Origin: an uncultured delta proteobacterium | GTDB lineage: Bacteria; Desulfobacterota; Desulfobacteria; Desulfobacterales; Desulfatirhabdiaceae | Length of the DNA stretch: 64,000 nt | NCBI GenBank assembly: GCA_963789395.1 | Contig: CAWBKP010000012.1 | Location: forward strand, 297,264-361,263 | Direction: 5' to 3' | In this document: one piece after another, positions 20,841 through 31,575 of the stretch | Numbering within the stretch: the first letter of the stretch is position 1 | Layout: each line of letters opens with the position of its first letter | The notes under the pieces: generated by a model | Seen by the model: only the letters and a program-made list of their open reading frames with translations | Databases searched by the model: none | Told to the model about the DNA's origin: nothing | Program-made: the position numbers and the translations under genes

Positions 20841-20991
20841 TCAGATGTTGTGAACCAAGAACCCGCCATCAACCGTGACACACCCGGTAACAAAGCCGGG
20901 GACGCCCGTGAACTGGCCAGAAAGAGCGTGGCGGCCTTTGCGCGTCATATGCCCAGACTCCGGACAGCGGGGTATATGACGTCATCAACAT
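20841..20991 (-). pseudogene. SDR oxidoreductase remnant (possibly D-mannonate oxidoreductase-like)
   Basis: Minus strand reads SYTPLSGVWAYDA..KA (YxxxK region) joined to ATLFLASSRAS-GFVTG..TVDGGFLVHNI*. Not in the ORF track. Confidence 0.6.
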
Positions 20992-21209
20992 GATGATATT
21001 CTGATGTTATTTCACTCATTACCTGATCTTTTTTTTAGCAGGATACTGTTGAAAATATTGTCCGGAATTTGGGACAACTATATCAACAAAAAACGATAAG
21101 GTGGTATATTTTTATTTTTCCGTAAACTTGTAACAGTTTTAATTCTCATTGACCATGGTGATCAAACTGGCCGAAACACACTCGAAAAGCTACTCCACCG
21201 AGATGGGTC

Positions 21210-21419
21210 ATGAATTATCTGCATCTTCCCGACATCATTACCCAGTGGTTTCTCTCCGTGTCGGATCAGAAGTGGGTGATTCTGCTGATGATCAGCATCC
21301 TGCTGTTGATTCTCGACGGCCCCATGGATATGGCTCCCATGATCCTGATCCTGACGCCAATCCTGTTTCCGGCGGTGACTAAGCCTGGATTCGCTGGAAA
21401 CCGGCTTTCGCCGGTATGA
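21210..21419 (+). pseudogene. Fragment of a TRAP large permease (DctM)
   Basis: LHLPDIITQWFLSVSDQKWVILLMISILLLILDGPMDMAPMILILTPILFP; ends at a repeat element. Confidence 0.65.
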
Positions 21420-21456
21420 CTGAAGAGGCAATTTGAAGGGGTTTTGAAAGAGGCTC
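21381..21456 (-). mobile_element. Truncated copy of the MITE-like element at 37402
   Basis: Reverse complement GAGCCTCTTTCAAAACCCCTTCAAATTGCCTCTTCAGTCATACCGGCGAAAGCCGGTTTCCAGCGAATCC aligns with 37402-37470. Confidence 0.7.
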
Positions 21457-21458
21457 AC

Positions 21459-23533
21459 TCATTTTACCGATTCTGCGATCTTCTCCAGCGGCAACCCCGA
21501 ACGAATATGCAAATCCCGTTGCGGAAACGGTATTTCGATTCCGGCGGTCTTGAAAACATCAAATAGAGCGTAATACAGGTGGCTGCGCACATAATTGGCC
21601 GACGCCTTGCGGATATCCATCCATACCAGCAGATTAAAATTGATGGAATTGTCGCCATACCCGTCAAACCACACGGCGGGTTGTTTCACCTTTTCCACCA
21701 GCGGCTCTTTTTCAGCCACCGATACGGACAAGCGCGATACTTCATGGGGATCTGCCGCGTACGATACGCCAAACGGAACCCGGATTCGGATAATCGGAGA
21801 TGACAGGGTATAGTTGATGATGGTGTTGGAAATAAGCGCAGAGTTGGGTATGAGATATTCAATATTGTCCCGGGTTCTGATGTTGGTCTCCCGCAGATAA
21901 ATATCCGTCACTTCTCCTACGGTTCCGCTGACCTCCAGCCAATCCCCCTTTCGGATCTTTCCACCAAAAATAATCACAAAACCGCTGATCAGGCTGGAAG
22001 CGATGCTTTGCATGGCCAGCCCGATACCAATACCGATGGCGCCGGCAAAAACCATCAGCGACCTGAGGTCAAAGCCGACAATTTGCAAGGAAATCATAGC
22101 ACCCAGGAACAGCATGAAATATTTCAGGAATGTATCGATGGCGTACGCAAGGCCGGGTGCAACCCCGATGGAAGGATAAACCTTATAATCCAGATAGGCG
22201 CAAAGAAGCTGCGCCGCATAATAGAATCCGGCCAACATCAGCGCTGCCTGCAGCAACACCCAAAGAGAAAGGAATGACCCGCCGACGCTCATGATGGGAA
22301 AAGACATGATTTTGCGGATCGGCTCCATCACCCCGAGCAGATTCAACATGACTAGAATCGCCATAATGATCGTAATATAAAAGGTCAGAACCCTAATCGA
22401 GCGGATGAGCCTATGCGTTTTTTCGTCTGAAAGCTCGATGCCATCTGACCATTTCTGAACTCTTATCATCAACATATGATAGATTAATGAAAAACCGATA
22501 TATACGCCGGCAATTGCCCACGTCTTTATCCAGAGCGTCTTGGTGAAATCTTTATACCCGATACACCATAGAACCCCGGACAAAAAAGTCATCAGGATAA
22601 CCGGGTAATAATACCGCTCAAGGCCTTTTAAAAATCCCTGATAACTTAAGTATGGCAGTTGCGGCAGCAGTGACAGGATTATTTTTTTCCGAAGAAAAAC
22701 CAAAAACAGCACGATGACAATAGACAGGAATACGACAAATTGAAGCAGCGCCAGAAAATCCTTTGGAAGGTCTCAAGGCTCCGGCACTCCAGAGAACAGC
22801 GATCCCGACAAGAATATATAGAATAACCGCCCGAATGAGCCGAACGGCAACTCCGGCATATTCGGTTCGGATCTCCAGAATACCGCGATCGACGATTCCG
22901 CTGACCAGGCTCATCAGCAAGGCACCTATTGACCAGAGTCCGAGCATCTTTCCTATCAGAATGAACCAGGGCGCGTCATAATCGATCACCCCTTTGACCA
23001 GCGAAAATAACACCAGTAGAATCAAGGGGATCAGTGCCGCGGTAATGGACACCAGAGCCAGATAAAAATAAGGACGGATCTCCTCGGGCAATTTCTCTAT
23101 CAAGGGTTTGGCCAATGCTTCGGATTTGACCAAGACACGTTTTCTTCCGATCAGACTGTATCCGATGGCCACAAAAAACACAAACATGATGGCTGATCCG
23201 GCAACACCAAGGATACGGCTCTGCTCAAAAATATGGGACAGCCAACTGGGGAAGCCGGGCGGGCAGCATCACCGCCTGCTCGAATGCATAATCAAGAGTG
23301 TTCACGTCCCATCCGAGCGGCGTATGCTTAATAAGCGTATTGGCTTGATGTTTCAGATCTTTTTTTACCTGAGCGGCTTCATTCTTCATGTAAACCGCCA
23401 TGTCATCCACTATCTCGACCGAAGGCGCCTGTGCATCCGGAGGTGATTTGGCATTGCCGTTCTCTCCCGTTGCCGGTGCGCAAAAAACCAACAGAAAAAT
23501 GATACTCAATAATACAATCTGTCGTGCTGTCAT
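21459..23533 (-). CDS. Large MscS-family mechanosensitive channel (frameshifted into three ORFs)
   Basis: C-terminal GAIGIGIGLAMQ..SGFVI, IPNS, GYGDNSINFNL, IEIPFPQRDLHIR. Signal peptide and TM segments lie in the upstream pieces. Confidence 0.85.
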
Positions 23534-23977
23534 GCGTCTAACCCCACTTAATTATTAAATTCACGCGTTCACGAAATGCTTCGCACTGTGCTGTCTTTCG
23601 TAATAAATCCTCGCGTGAAGTTCAAGCATTACTTTGTTGTCATTCCGCCTTGTAATGAATGCCCTTGCCGGGTTACCGAGCCTGCACCGTTTCCTGTTGC
23701 TTGAGATCCCATTGCAAGTCCATCTCCTGGAAGAGGGTTTCGTGTTGTTGAGGGATTCCGGAACAAATCAGGGTCGGAGGCACATTACTGTCGGAGGGGG
23801 TATGATGGGCCCAAGTTATGATCCTGCAATGAATATTCTTGCCTTAGGGCTGCAACGCTGGTAGGACACACCCAACACATTACAGAAATGAATGAAACGA
23901 AAAATGGTTTTTTTTGCCGTTTTTCCCGAATGCGTTTTACCTCAACGAACCGGTTTAATTTTCATGAAGTCAAATCA

Positions 23978-24946
23978 GTGACGCCGATAGTTCTCTCTCT
24001 TGCCCCCTTGCGGGGCTTTACAAATGCCCTTTACAGGAATCTCTATTCAATCCATTTCCAAGGGATTGACTCCGCTATTTCCCCATTTATCAACACACTT
24101 TCGGTAAAACAGATCACTCGTTCCCATATCAAGGATATTTTGCCTGAAAACAACCACGGGATGCCGGTCGTTCCTCAGATCATCGGCAATGATCCGGCGG
24201 GATTCATTCTGCTTGCTGCAAAATGCCACGACCTTGGCTTTGATACCGTGAACTGGAACCTGGGATGCCCGGCTCCCATGGTTGCAAAAAAGCAGCGAGG
24301 CTCGGGCATGCTGCCTCACCCGGAGGTGATCAAGGCTTTTCTGGACGATGTGATACCGCGCATTCCTACCCGGCTGTCAATTAAAACCAGAATCGGCAGC
24401 AAAAAAAAAGAGGAAATATTCAACCTTCTCCCCATCTTCAATCAATACCCCCTCGAAGCGTTAATCATCCATCCCCGAACCGGCGTCCAGATGTATTCCG
24501 GAGAAGTGGATCTGGGTACGTTCGAGCAATGCCTGCCGCTGCTAAAGATGCCGGTCGCCTATAATGGCGACATCGTTGACTACAGCTCCTTTATCAAGCT
24601 GAAAGAACGGTTTAAAACCGTTTCGAGCTGGCTTATCGGAAGAGGGGTTCTTTCCAATCCCTTTCTGCCGGAAATCCTGCGGTCCGGAGAAGAAAACATC
24701 CTTCAGCCTGTGGAAAGATTTAAAAAATTCCATGATGATCTGTTTGAAGCGTACCGGGCCGAGTTTAGCGGGCAATCCCACTTGATAGACAAAATGAAAG
24801 GGTACTGGCTGTATTTTCTCAGGTCTTTTGAAAACGGAGAAACTGTTTTCAAAAAGATCAAAAAGATCAACACCGTGAAGAAATACGAAGAGATCGTGGG
24901 AAAATTCCTGGAAGAGGATGCCATATGGCGACCCGTGCTCAGATAA
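23978..24946 (+). CDS. tRNA-dihydrouridine synthase family protein (start uncertain, 23888-23978)
   Basis: LAPLRGFT, PQIIGND, NWNLGCP, IKTRIG, IIHPRT, YNGDI, LIGRG. Confidence 0.9.
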   Translation: MTPIVLSLAPLRGFTNALYRNLYSIHFQGIDSAISPFINTLSVKQITRSHIKDILPENNHGMPVVPQIIGNDPAGFILLAAKCHDLGFDTVNWNLGCPAPMVAKKQRGSGMLPHPEVIKAFLDDVIPRIPTRLSIKTRIGSKKKEEIFNLLPIFNQYPLEALIIHPRTGVQMYSGEVDLGTFEQCLPLLKMPVAYNGDIVDYSSFIKLKERFKTVSSWLIGRGVLSNPFLPEILRSGEENILQPVERFKKFHDDLFEAYRAEFSGQSHLIDKMKGYWLYFLRSFENGETVFKKIKKINTVKKYEEIVGKFLEEDAIWRPVLR

Positions 24947-24987
24947 GACCGGAGCGACGGGTCGGTTTGTCGCATTAAATTTTATGT

Positions 24988-25834
24988 TTATGAGGCTCCG
25001 AAATTAACCGTGTAGCTTCCGCCTGTTTTCACTTCCAGATCACAGGCGACATTCGGATGCAATTCATCCGGACCACTCTTGCATTCAGCCGCATCATAAC
25101 ATTGGGGGGCACAGGACATCCCGATTTCCAGGGCAATCAGTCCAACTGGGCGGATTGGAGTTTTGACTGACGCACTGTGTACAGCCCAGGGGGAAAACGC
25201 CAATAGGCATCATGATTTCCGGTGGCCTTTTTCACATATGTGGTTTCAGAGCCGGCCGCTGAGACGATCTGCATCGAGTAATTGAAACCGTTCACCAATG
25301 AAAGGTCAAAGTGATCATGCGTTTTGTTGTCCTTTGGGCTGATGTTGATTTCGAACATGGTAGTCGGGCATGGCCCCATCGGTTCGTTATCCACCCCGCC
25401 GGAGAGGTTGATGCCCCCCTTATTGAGGGTCAATGTTTTGGTTGATTTTTTGGGAATCAGCACACTGCATCTGTCCGGCCTGTAAACGTTACAGTCCTGG
25501 CCAATAAAGTCCTGATCCGTATAGCTCCCCCCATTTACGGTCATGCCGCCCACAAAACGATATAAACCGTCACATCCTTGTCTGCGCCGTTGTTCAGAGT
25601 AAGGGTTCTCGCTTCATCCGCTATAAGGGGATTCGTCCCTGCCAGTACTTCTTCTCCGTCGCTGCGGCCATCCCCGTCGGTATCCGCAATGAATGGATTG
25701 GTGCCGTAAATATGTATTTCATCGCTATCGCTTAAACCATCGTTGTCTGAGTCCGTCGGGTCTCCATCGCCACATCCATTTACTGAAATGAGAATCAATA
25801 GTCCAAAGAAAATACCGTAGCAGATGCGTTTCAT
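24988..25834 (-). CDS. Lipoprotein with DxDxDG (TSP3-like) repeats and a thaumatin-like domain (frameshifted)
   Basis: Lipobox VNGC; DSDNDGLSD..GTNP..DTDGDGRSDG; TLTLNN, PTTMFEIN, DHFDLSLVNGFNYSMQI, Cys-rich tail, GGSYTVNF. Confidence 0.7.
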
Positions 25835-26071
25835 GTAAAATCTCCTCACGAAATATTTCAAAACATCTTTATCCGGATCGGGTATCGAAGTCAGGCTAAT
25901 CTATTTTCATGAAATCTTGTCAATTGCATTCAGAAACAGAGATTTTAAACGACAATGGAATGTTTCGCAAACTTGACTTTCATAAGGATTGCATATAATT
26001 TGAAAGCCATCTTAGTGCATTGGGATTACCCTTCTGGCACAGAATAAAATCGGGACACTGTTCATCGTTTT

Positions 26072-26104
26072 AAATCCCCCTTGATCCCCCTTTTCAAAGG
26101 GGGA
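26072..26104. repeat. Single unit of the REP-like family
   Basis: AAATCCCCCTTGATCCCCCTTTTCAAAGGGGGA. Confidence 0.65.
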
Positions 26105-26137
26105 AACACATGATGAAACAGGCTCATACATCAGGGA

Positions 26138-27319
26138 ATGATCATGATGATATTGATAAAAAATGCAGAGGTCTTTGCACCCGGCGCCATGGGCCGATGT
26201 GACATCTTGACGGGCGGCGGGAAGATTCTGGCGATTGAAAAAAGCATTCAGGCCGGCGTGCTGCCGGGTGAAGTGGAAATCATCGATGCCGACGGGCTTG
26301 CGGCGGTTCCGGGCTTTGTTGACGGGCATCAGCATTTCACCGGCGGCGGGGGCGAGGGAGGCTTTCACACCCGCACGCCGGAAATGCAGCTCAGCATGAA
26401 TACGGCAAACGGCGTGACAACGGCGGTGGGGCTGCTGGGAACCGATTCTCTCACCCGCACGGTGGAAAACCTGTATGCCAAAACCCAGAGCTTTAACACC
26501 GAGGGCATCACCGCCTTCATGCTGACCGGCGCGTACTGGTATCCGTCGCCGACCATCACCGGAAGCGCGGCGCGCGACCTGGTCTATATTCAGCCGGTCA
26601 TCGGCGTCAAGCTGGCTCTTTCCGATATTCGCGGCCCCCACATTGAAGAACGGGATCTGGCGACGCTGGCCTCCGAGGTCCGGGTGGCGGCCCTGGTCGC
26701 CAATAAACCGGGCATCATCACGGTCCACACCGGCATCAAACTCGTTGGCCTGGATCTGATTCTTGAAATCGTTCAAAAACACGGCATGCGTGCGGACATG
26801 TTCGTTCCAACACACATCAACCGCAAAAACCCGATACTGACGGATCAGGCACTGGCTCTGGCCAGGCAGGGCGCAACAATCGATGCCACATGCTGGAGCA
26901 GCCTGCCTGCCGAGGATTCCGCTTACCTGTCCGCCGCCGACTTTGCCGTTATGGCCGATGACCAGGGCCTGTTTGACCAGGTCTCCTTCAGTTCCGATGC
27001 CGGCGGCTCGCTTCCGGTCTGGAACAAGGATAAAAGCCGGATTGTGTCCATGGGAATCGGCGCCCCGGATTCCCTCCTGTTCGAACTCTCCCGTCTGGTC
27101 CATCAAAAGGGCATGGGTCTTGAAAAGGCGCTTTGCCCCCTGACCACGACGCCCGCCCGGATTTACGGCCTGAAGGGCGTCAAGGGCGAGCTAAAACCAG
27201 GCGCCGATGCCGATATTATCTTGCTTGATCCGGACAAGATGATCATTGAAGATGTCATGGCAAAAGGCGTGATCATGGTCCGGAACCGCATCATCGAAAG
27301 AAAAGGGTATTTTGAATAA
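26138..27319 (+). CDS. iadA: Isoaspartyl dipeptidase (beta-aspartyl peptidase)
   Basis: VPGFVDGHQHFTGGGGEGGFHTRTPE, GVTTAVGLLGTD, PTHINR, SSDAGGSLP. Confidence 0.92.
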   Translation: MIMMILIKNAEVFAPGAMGRCDILTGGGKILAIEKSIQAGVLPGEVEIIDADGLAAVPGFVDGHQHFTGGGGEGGFHTRTPEMQLSMNTANGVTTAVGLLGTDSLTRTVENLYAKTQSFNTEGITAFMLTGAYWYPSPTITGSAARDLVYIQPVIGVKLALSDIRGPHIEERDLATLASEVRVAALVANKPGIITVHTGIKLVGLDLILEIVQKHGMRADMFVPTHINRKNPILTDQALALARQGATIDATCWSSLPAEDSAYLSAADFAVMADDQGLFDQVSFSSDAGGSLPVWNKDKSRIVSMGIGAPDSLLFELSRLVHQKGMGLEKALCPLTTTPARIYGLKGVKGELKPGADADIILLDPDKMIIEDVMAKGVIMVRNRIIERKGYFE

Positions 27320-29196
27320 CCGGCCAGGATCCACTCCCGAGATGTCGCCGGATGCGATTCTGACCATCCGGGATTTGTCGCTGAGTTTTCCCACATACGG
27401 CGGCTTTACCTCCGTGCTGCATAATGTGTCTTTTTCCGTGAAAAAAGGCGAAACATTGGCAATCGTAGGAGAATCCGGATCCGGCAAGACCGTGACCCTT
27501 CGCCGGGTCATGAGTCTATTGAAAAACGTCCGCACGGATTCGGGAACCATCACCCTGAAAAAACGGGACGGCACGATCCTGGACATCACCGATATCTCGA
27601 ATGCCAGAGCCCGGGAAATCCGCGGCGTGGATCTGTCCATGATTTTCCAGGAGCCCATGACGTCCCTGAATCCGCTCTTTACCATCGGGAATCAGCTTGA
27701 GGAGGCCATCCTTACCCATCAAAACATTTCGCGGCAGGAAGCTGCGGAAAAAGTGCATGCGCTTCTTGAAATCGTGCGGATTCCGGATGCAAAAAAACGC
27801 ATTCACGAATATCCCCATCAGATGTCCGGCGGCATGCGCCAGCGCGTCATGATCGCCATGGCCCTTGCCTGCAGGCCCCAGATCCTGATCGCGGACGAAC
27901 CCACCACGGCGCTGGACGTAACCATTCAGGCCCAGATTCTGGCCCTGATCCGGTCTCTTCAGCAGCAGTTTGACATGTCCGTGATCTTTATCACCCATGA
28001 CATGGGCGTGGTGGCCGAGCTGGCCGATCGCGTGATTGTCATGTACAAGGGACGGGTCGTAGAAGAAAACGACGTTTTCACCCTTTTCTCCAAACCGACC
28101 CACCCTTACACCCGGGCGCTGTTAAAGGCGGTTCCCAAGCTTGGCTGCATGAAGGGCCGGAAAAATCCCGCCACCCTGCCGGTGCTCGACATGGAACGCG
28201 AACTGCAAAGAAAGGAAGGCGAGGCGCTTCCCGCGGAAAAAGAAATCGACACCGCGGATTATCACAAACAGCCGATTCTCGAGGTCCGGAACCTGACCAC
28301 CCATTTTGTGTCGAAAAAGACGTTCTGGGGCAAGCCCACCCATCTGGTGTACGCCGTGGAGAATGTCAGCTTTCAATTATATCCCGGTGAAACCCTTGGC
28401 ATCGTGGGCGAATCCGGATGCGGCAAGACAACGGCCGGGTATTCCCTGTTAAAGCTCGTGCCCGCCACGGGAGAGGTGCTTTTCGAGGGCCAGAATGTCA
28501 TGACCCTCACCGACAGCCAGATGCAGAAACTGCGGCAGAACATCCAGTTCGTCTTTCAGGACCCGTTTGCCTCGCTCAATCCCCGTCTGACCATCGGCGC
28601 ATCCATCGCAGAACCCCTGATCATCCATGAGACGATGGACAGCAAAGAGCGGGACAAAAAAGTCGCCGATCTTGCTGGAGCGCGTAGGCATCCCTGCCGG
28701 CAACGCCACCCGCTATCCCCACGAATTCTCGGGCGGCCAGAGACAGCGCATCGCCATTGCCAGGGCCCTTGCCACCAGCCCCCGGCTGATCGTTGCCGAT
28801 GAGGCGGTTTCCTCCCTGGATGTCTCCATTCAGGCCACGGTGCTCAACCTGATGATGGAACTGCAAAAGGAGCTGGGACTATCCTACATCTTCATCTCCC
28901 ACGACATGGCCGTGGTGGAGCGGGTAAGCCATCGCGTGGCGGTCATGTATCTGGGGCAGATCGTTGAGATGGGAAGCCGCAGCGACATTTTCGAGAACCC
29001 GCAGCACGATTACACCAAAAAACTGCTTTCAGCCATACCCGTTGCCGATCCCGGCCTGCGAGCCAATTTCAACATGCTGACAGGTGAGATTCCCAGCCCG
29101 GTCCGGAGAGTCGGCGATCCCCCTGCCCGCCTGATCTACCGGGAAGTCTCGGCAGGCCATATCGTGGCACAATTGCCCAGAGAAAGCTTGACATGA
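27312..29196 (+). CDS. gsiA: Peptide/glutathione ABC transporter dual-ATPase subunit (frameshift ~28660)
   Basis: Two ABC domains: [20 protein letters not shown] and [20 protein letters not shown]. GsiA-like C-terminus GEIPSPVR. Confidence 0.8.
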
Positions 29197-29420
29197 GCTT
29201 TGCAAGTAATCCCAAAACAGTTTTTCTTCCTTATTGCAAGATGAACAGCAATACCAACTTCTTTATAAGAATACGCTTGTGACACATTTCCCATAATATA
29301 GAAATATCAACATGCGGAATTCAGATGCATTAAAAATAACATAATCGTGCTGAAAGTTGATGAATTACGAAATTATACAGAAAATATGATAACAACTTGT
29401 CGGGCCGCCATCGCGGCGTC

Positions 29421-29481
29421 CCATCACTCCGTATTGAGGAGACGCAGATAGCACGCGCGTTCCTCATAAAGGGCGTTATAC
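29421..29481 (+). other. Degenerate attC-like integron cassette site
   Basis: 61-bp imperfect inverted repeat ending in GTTATAC. Arms ATTGAGGAGACGC / GCGTTCCTCAT leave two unpaired bases on the left arm. Confidence 0.4.
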
Positions 29482-29547
29482 ACCACACATTGTGCGGAGG
29501 GACAGGTTCCTATTTTGAAAGACCCCTTAGTCATCGGCGGCCATAGA

Positions 29548-29655
29548 ATGATGTATGATATCTTATCGAGCGTTTGGCAACCTGCGAACATTGCAACTTC
29601 TGATATTGGAATGCAAAGGGTGGCACGGGAGATTGGAATTACAATTTTGGAGTAG
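29548..29655 (+). pseudogene. C-terminal remnant of a PIN-domain (VapC-like) toxin
   Basis: IATSDIGMQRVAREIGITILE* resembles PIN toxin C-termini; lies 5 nt before the antitoxin ATG. Confidence 0.5.
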
Positions 29656-29660
29656 ATATC

Positions 29661-29900
29661 ATGAAAGTGTATACATATTCTGAAGCGAGACAACGTCTTG
29701 CTGATGTGCTGAATATTGCAAGAAGTGAAGAAGTTGTTATTAAAAGGAGAGGTGGCGAAACCTTTTCAGTAATTTTCAGGAAATGCAAAAAATCACCATT
29801 TGACGTTCCAGGAATCCAAACGAAAGCAACTACAAAAGATATTCTTTCGGCGGTTAGAGAGTCCAGGGAACGATATGCCGAACTAAACATTGAAGATTAA
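29661..29900 (+). CDS. Phd/YefM-family antitoxin
   Basis: MKVYTYSEARQRLADVLNIARSEEVVIKRRGG..KSPFDV. Confidence 0.8.
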   Translation: MKVYTYSEARQRLADVLNIARSEEVVIKRRGGETFSVIFRKCKKSPFDVPGIQTKATTKDILSAVRESRERYAELNIED

Positions 29901-30033
29901 CGGTAGGTATAGGCAGCATTGGTGACTGTGCTTTTTATAGGCGTGTGTTTCTTTCTAAAATACGGAACGAAGGAATATCTGTTTACATCAGTGACATTGG
30001 TATCAACAATCAAAATTAGAAAAGGAGAAAAAA

Positions 30034-31557
30034 ATGACCGTTAAAAAATTGACCCTGATTCTGCTGGTTTTCTGCTGTTGTCCAGCCCCGCTTTTGCCGC
30101 ATCCAAGGATATCATTTATGGATCCGATTCCACGACAAAGTCCCTGGACCCCCATGACACGTCGGATACCTATTCCGGCGCGATTGAAAAAACCATGCTG
30201 CAGGGCCTGATGGGTTTTGACAAGGACTTGAAAGTGATTCCCCTTCTGGCTGAAAGCTATACCTTTAACGACGCCGCCACGGAGTTTACCTTCAAACTCC
30301 GCAAAGGCATCAAATTTCATGACGGCACGCCGTTTAACGCCGAGGCCGTCCGGGTGAACATCGAACGGCTGATGAGCGGAAAATACAAACGCAGCAGCCT
30401 GATGAAACCCGTCAAGGAACTGGTCGTCATTGACGATAGCCACCGTCAAATTCGTTTTAAAAGAGCCCTTCGGCGCCTTTATCAATGCCGTTGCCCATCC
30501 GGGCTCCCTGCTCATGAGCCCGGCCGCCATTCAGAAATACGGGGATGATGTGAGCAAGAATCCCGTGGGAACCGGTCCCTTTATCTTTGTCGAGTGGGTT
30601 TCGGGAGACCATGTCAAGATCAGGAAGAATCCGGAATACTGGAAGAAAAAAATCAAGGTGGACACCATTACCTTCCGGCCCGTTCCGGAAAGCGGATCCA
30701 GGCTTGCCATGCTGCGCGCGGGCCAGGCCCAGTATATCTATCCCATGCCGCCCGAACTGCTCAAGGTTGTTGAAAACGACAAGAACATCGACATCATCAA
30801 GCAGCCTTCCATCGTCGAACGGTATATGATTTTAAACACCCTGTACAAACCCCTTTCCGATCAGCGGGTGCGTCAGGCCATCAATTACGCATTGGATAAA
30901 CAGGCCATTATCCGCATTGCCTTCGGCGGCGCCGCTACCGAAGCGGATTCCATCATTCCCGCCGATCTTCAGTATTATAAAAAACAGTCTGTCTGGCCTT
31001 ATGATCTGGCAAAAGCAAAGGCCCTGATGAAGGAAGCCGGTTATGAAAACGGGTTTAAGGTCGTTTTTCTGACCCCCAACGCATCCAACCGGCTGCGCGC
31101 AACGGAAATGGTTCAGCAGCAGCTTAAAGAGATCAACATCACCGGAGAACTCCAGTCCATGGACATTGCCAGTTATTTCGCCAAGCTGGAAAGCCACAAG
31201 GCGGATGATCCCAATCTGCCCCCGTTTATCGGCTTTGGCGGATGGTCTGCTTCCACGGGTGATGCGGACTGGGGAATCCGGCCCCTGCTGGCGACAGCAT
31301 CATTTCCTCCCGGCTCCAACTTCGGTTTTTTTTCAGACAAACAATTGGATGACCTGATTCAAGCCGGCCTGGCTTCCGCGGATCCCAAGATTCGCCGGGA
31401 GGCCTATGCCAAAGCTCAGGACATGGTCTGGGAAAAGGCGCCCTGGGGATATCTTTTTGTGGAAACGCTGGTGGCCGCCAAGAACAAAAACCTCAAAGGC
31501 ATCTATCCCATGGCTGACGCCAGCTTTTCTGTTGAAGACGCAGAAATGACGGATTAA
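30034..31557 (+). CDS. gsiB: Peptide/glutathione ABC substrate-binding protein (frameshifts ~30075, ~30435)
   Basis: SLDPHD, FKLRKGIKFHDGTPFNAEAV, PVGTGPF, VRQAINYA, GWSASTGDADWGIRPL. Confidence 0.82.
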
Positions 31558-31575
31558 TCGCAGGCATTTATCGTC

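Noticed and set aside
26012..27106. 364-aa minus-strand ORF (likewise 32700-33737 and 53236-54201)
   Set aside because: Antisense shadows of iadA, gsiD and cydB, as expected from GC-rich codon bias.
29250..30003. ATACCAA...TTGGTAT as transposon ends around the TA region
   Set aside because: Only a 7-bp match, with no direct repeats or transposase.
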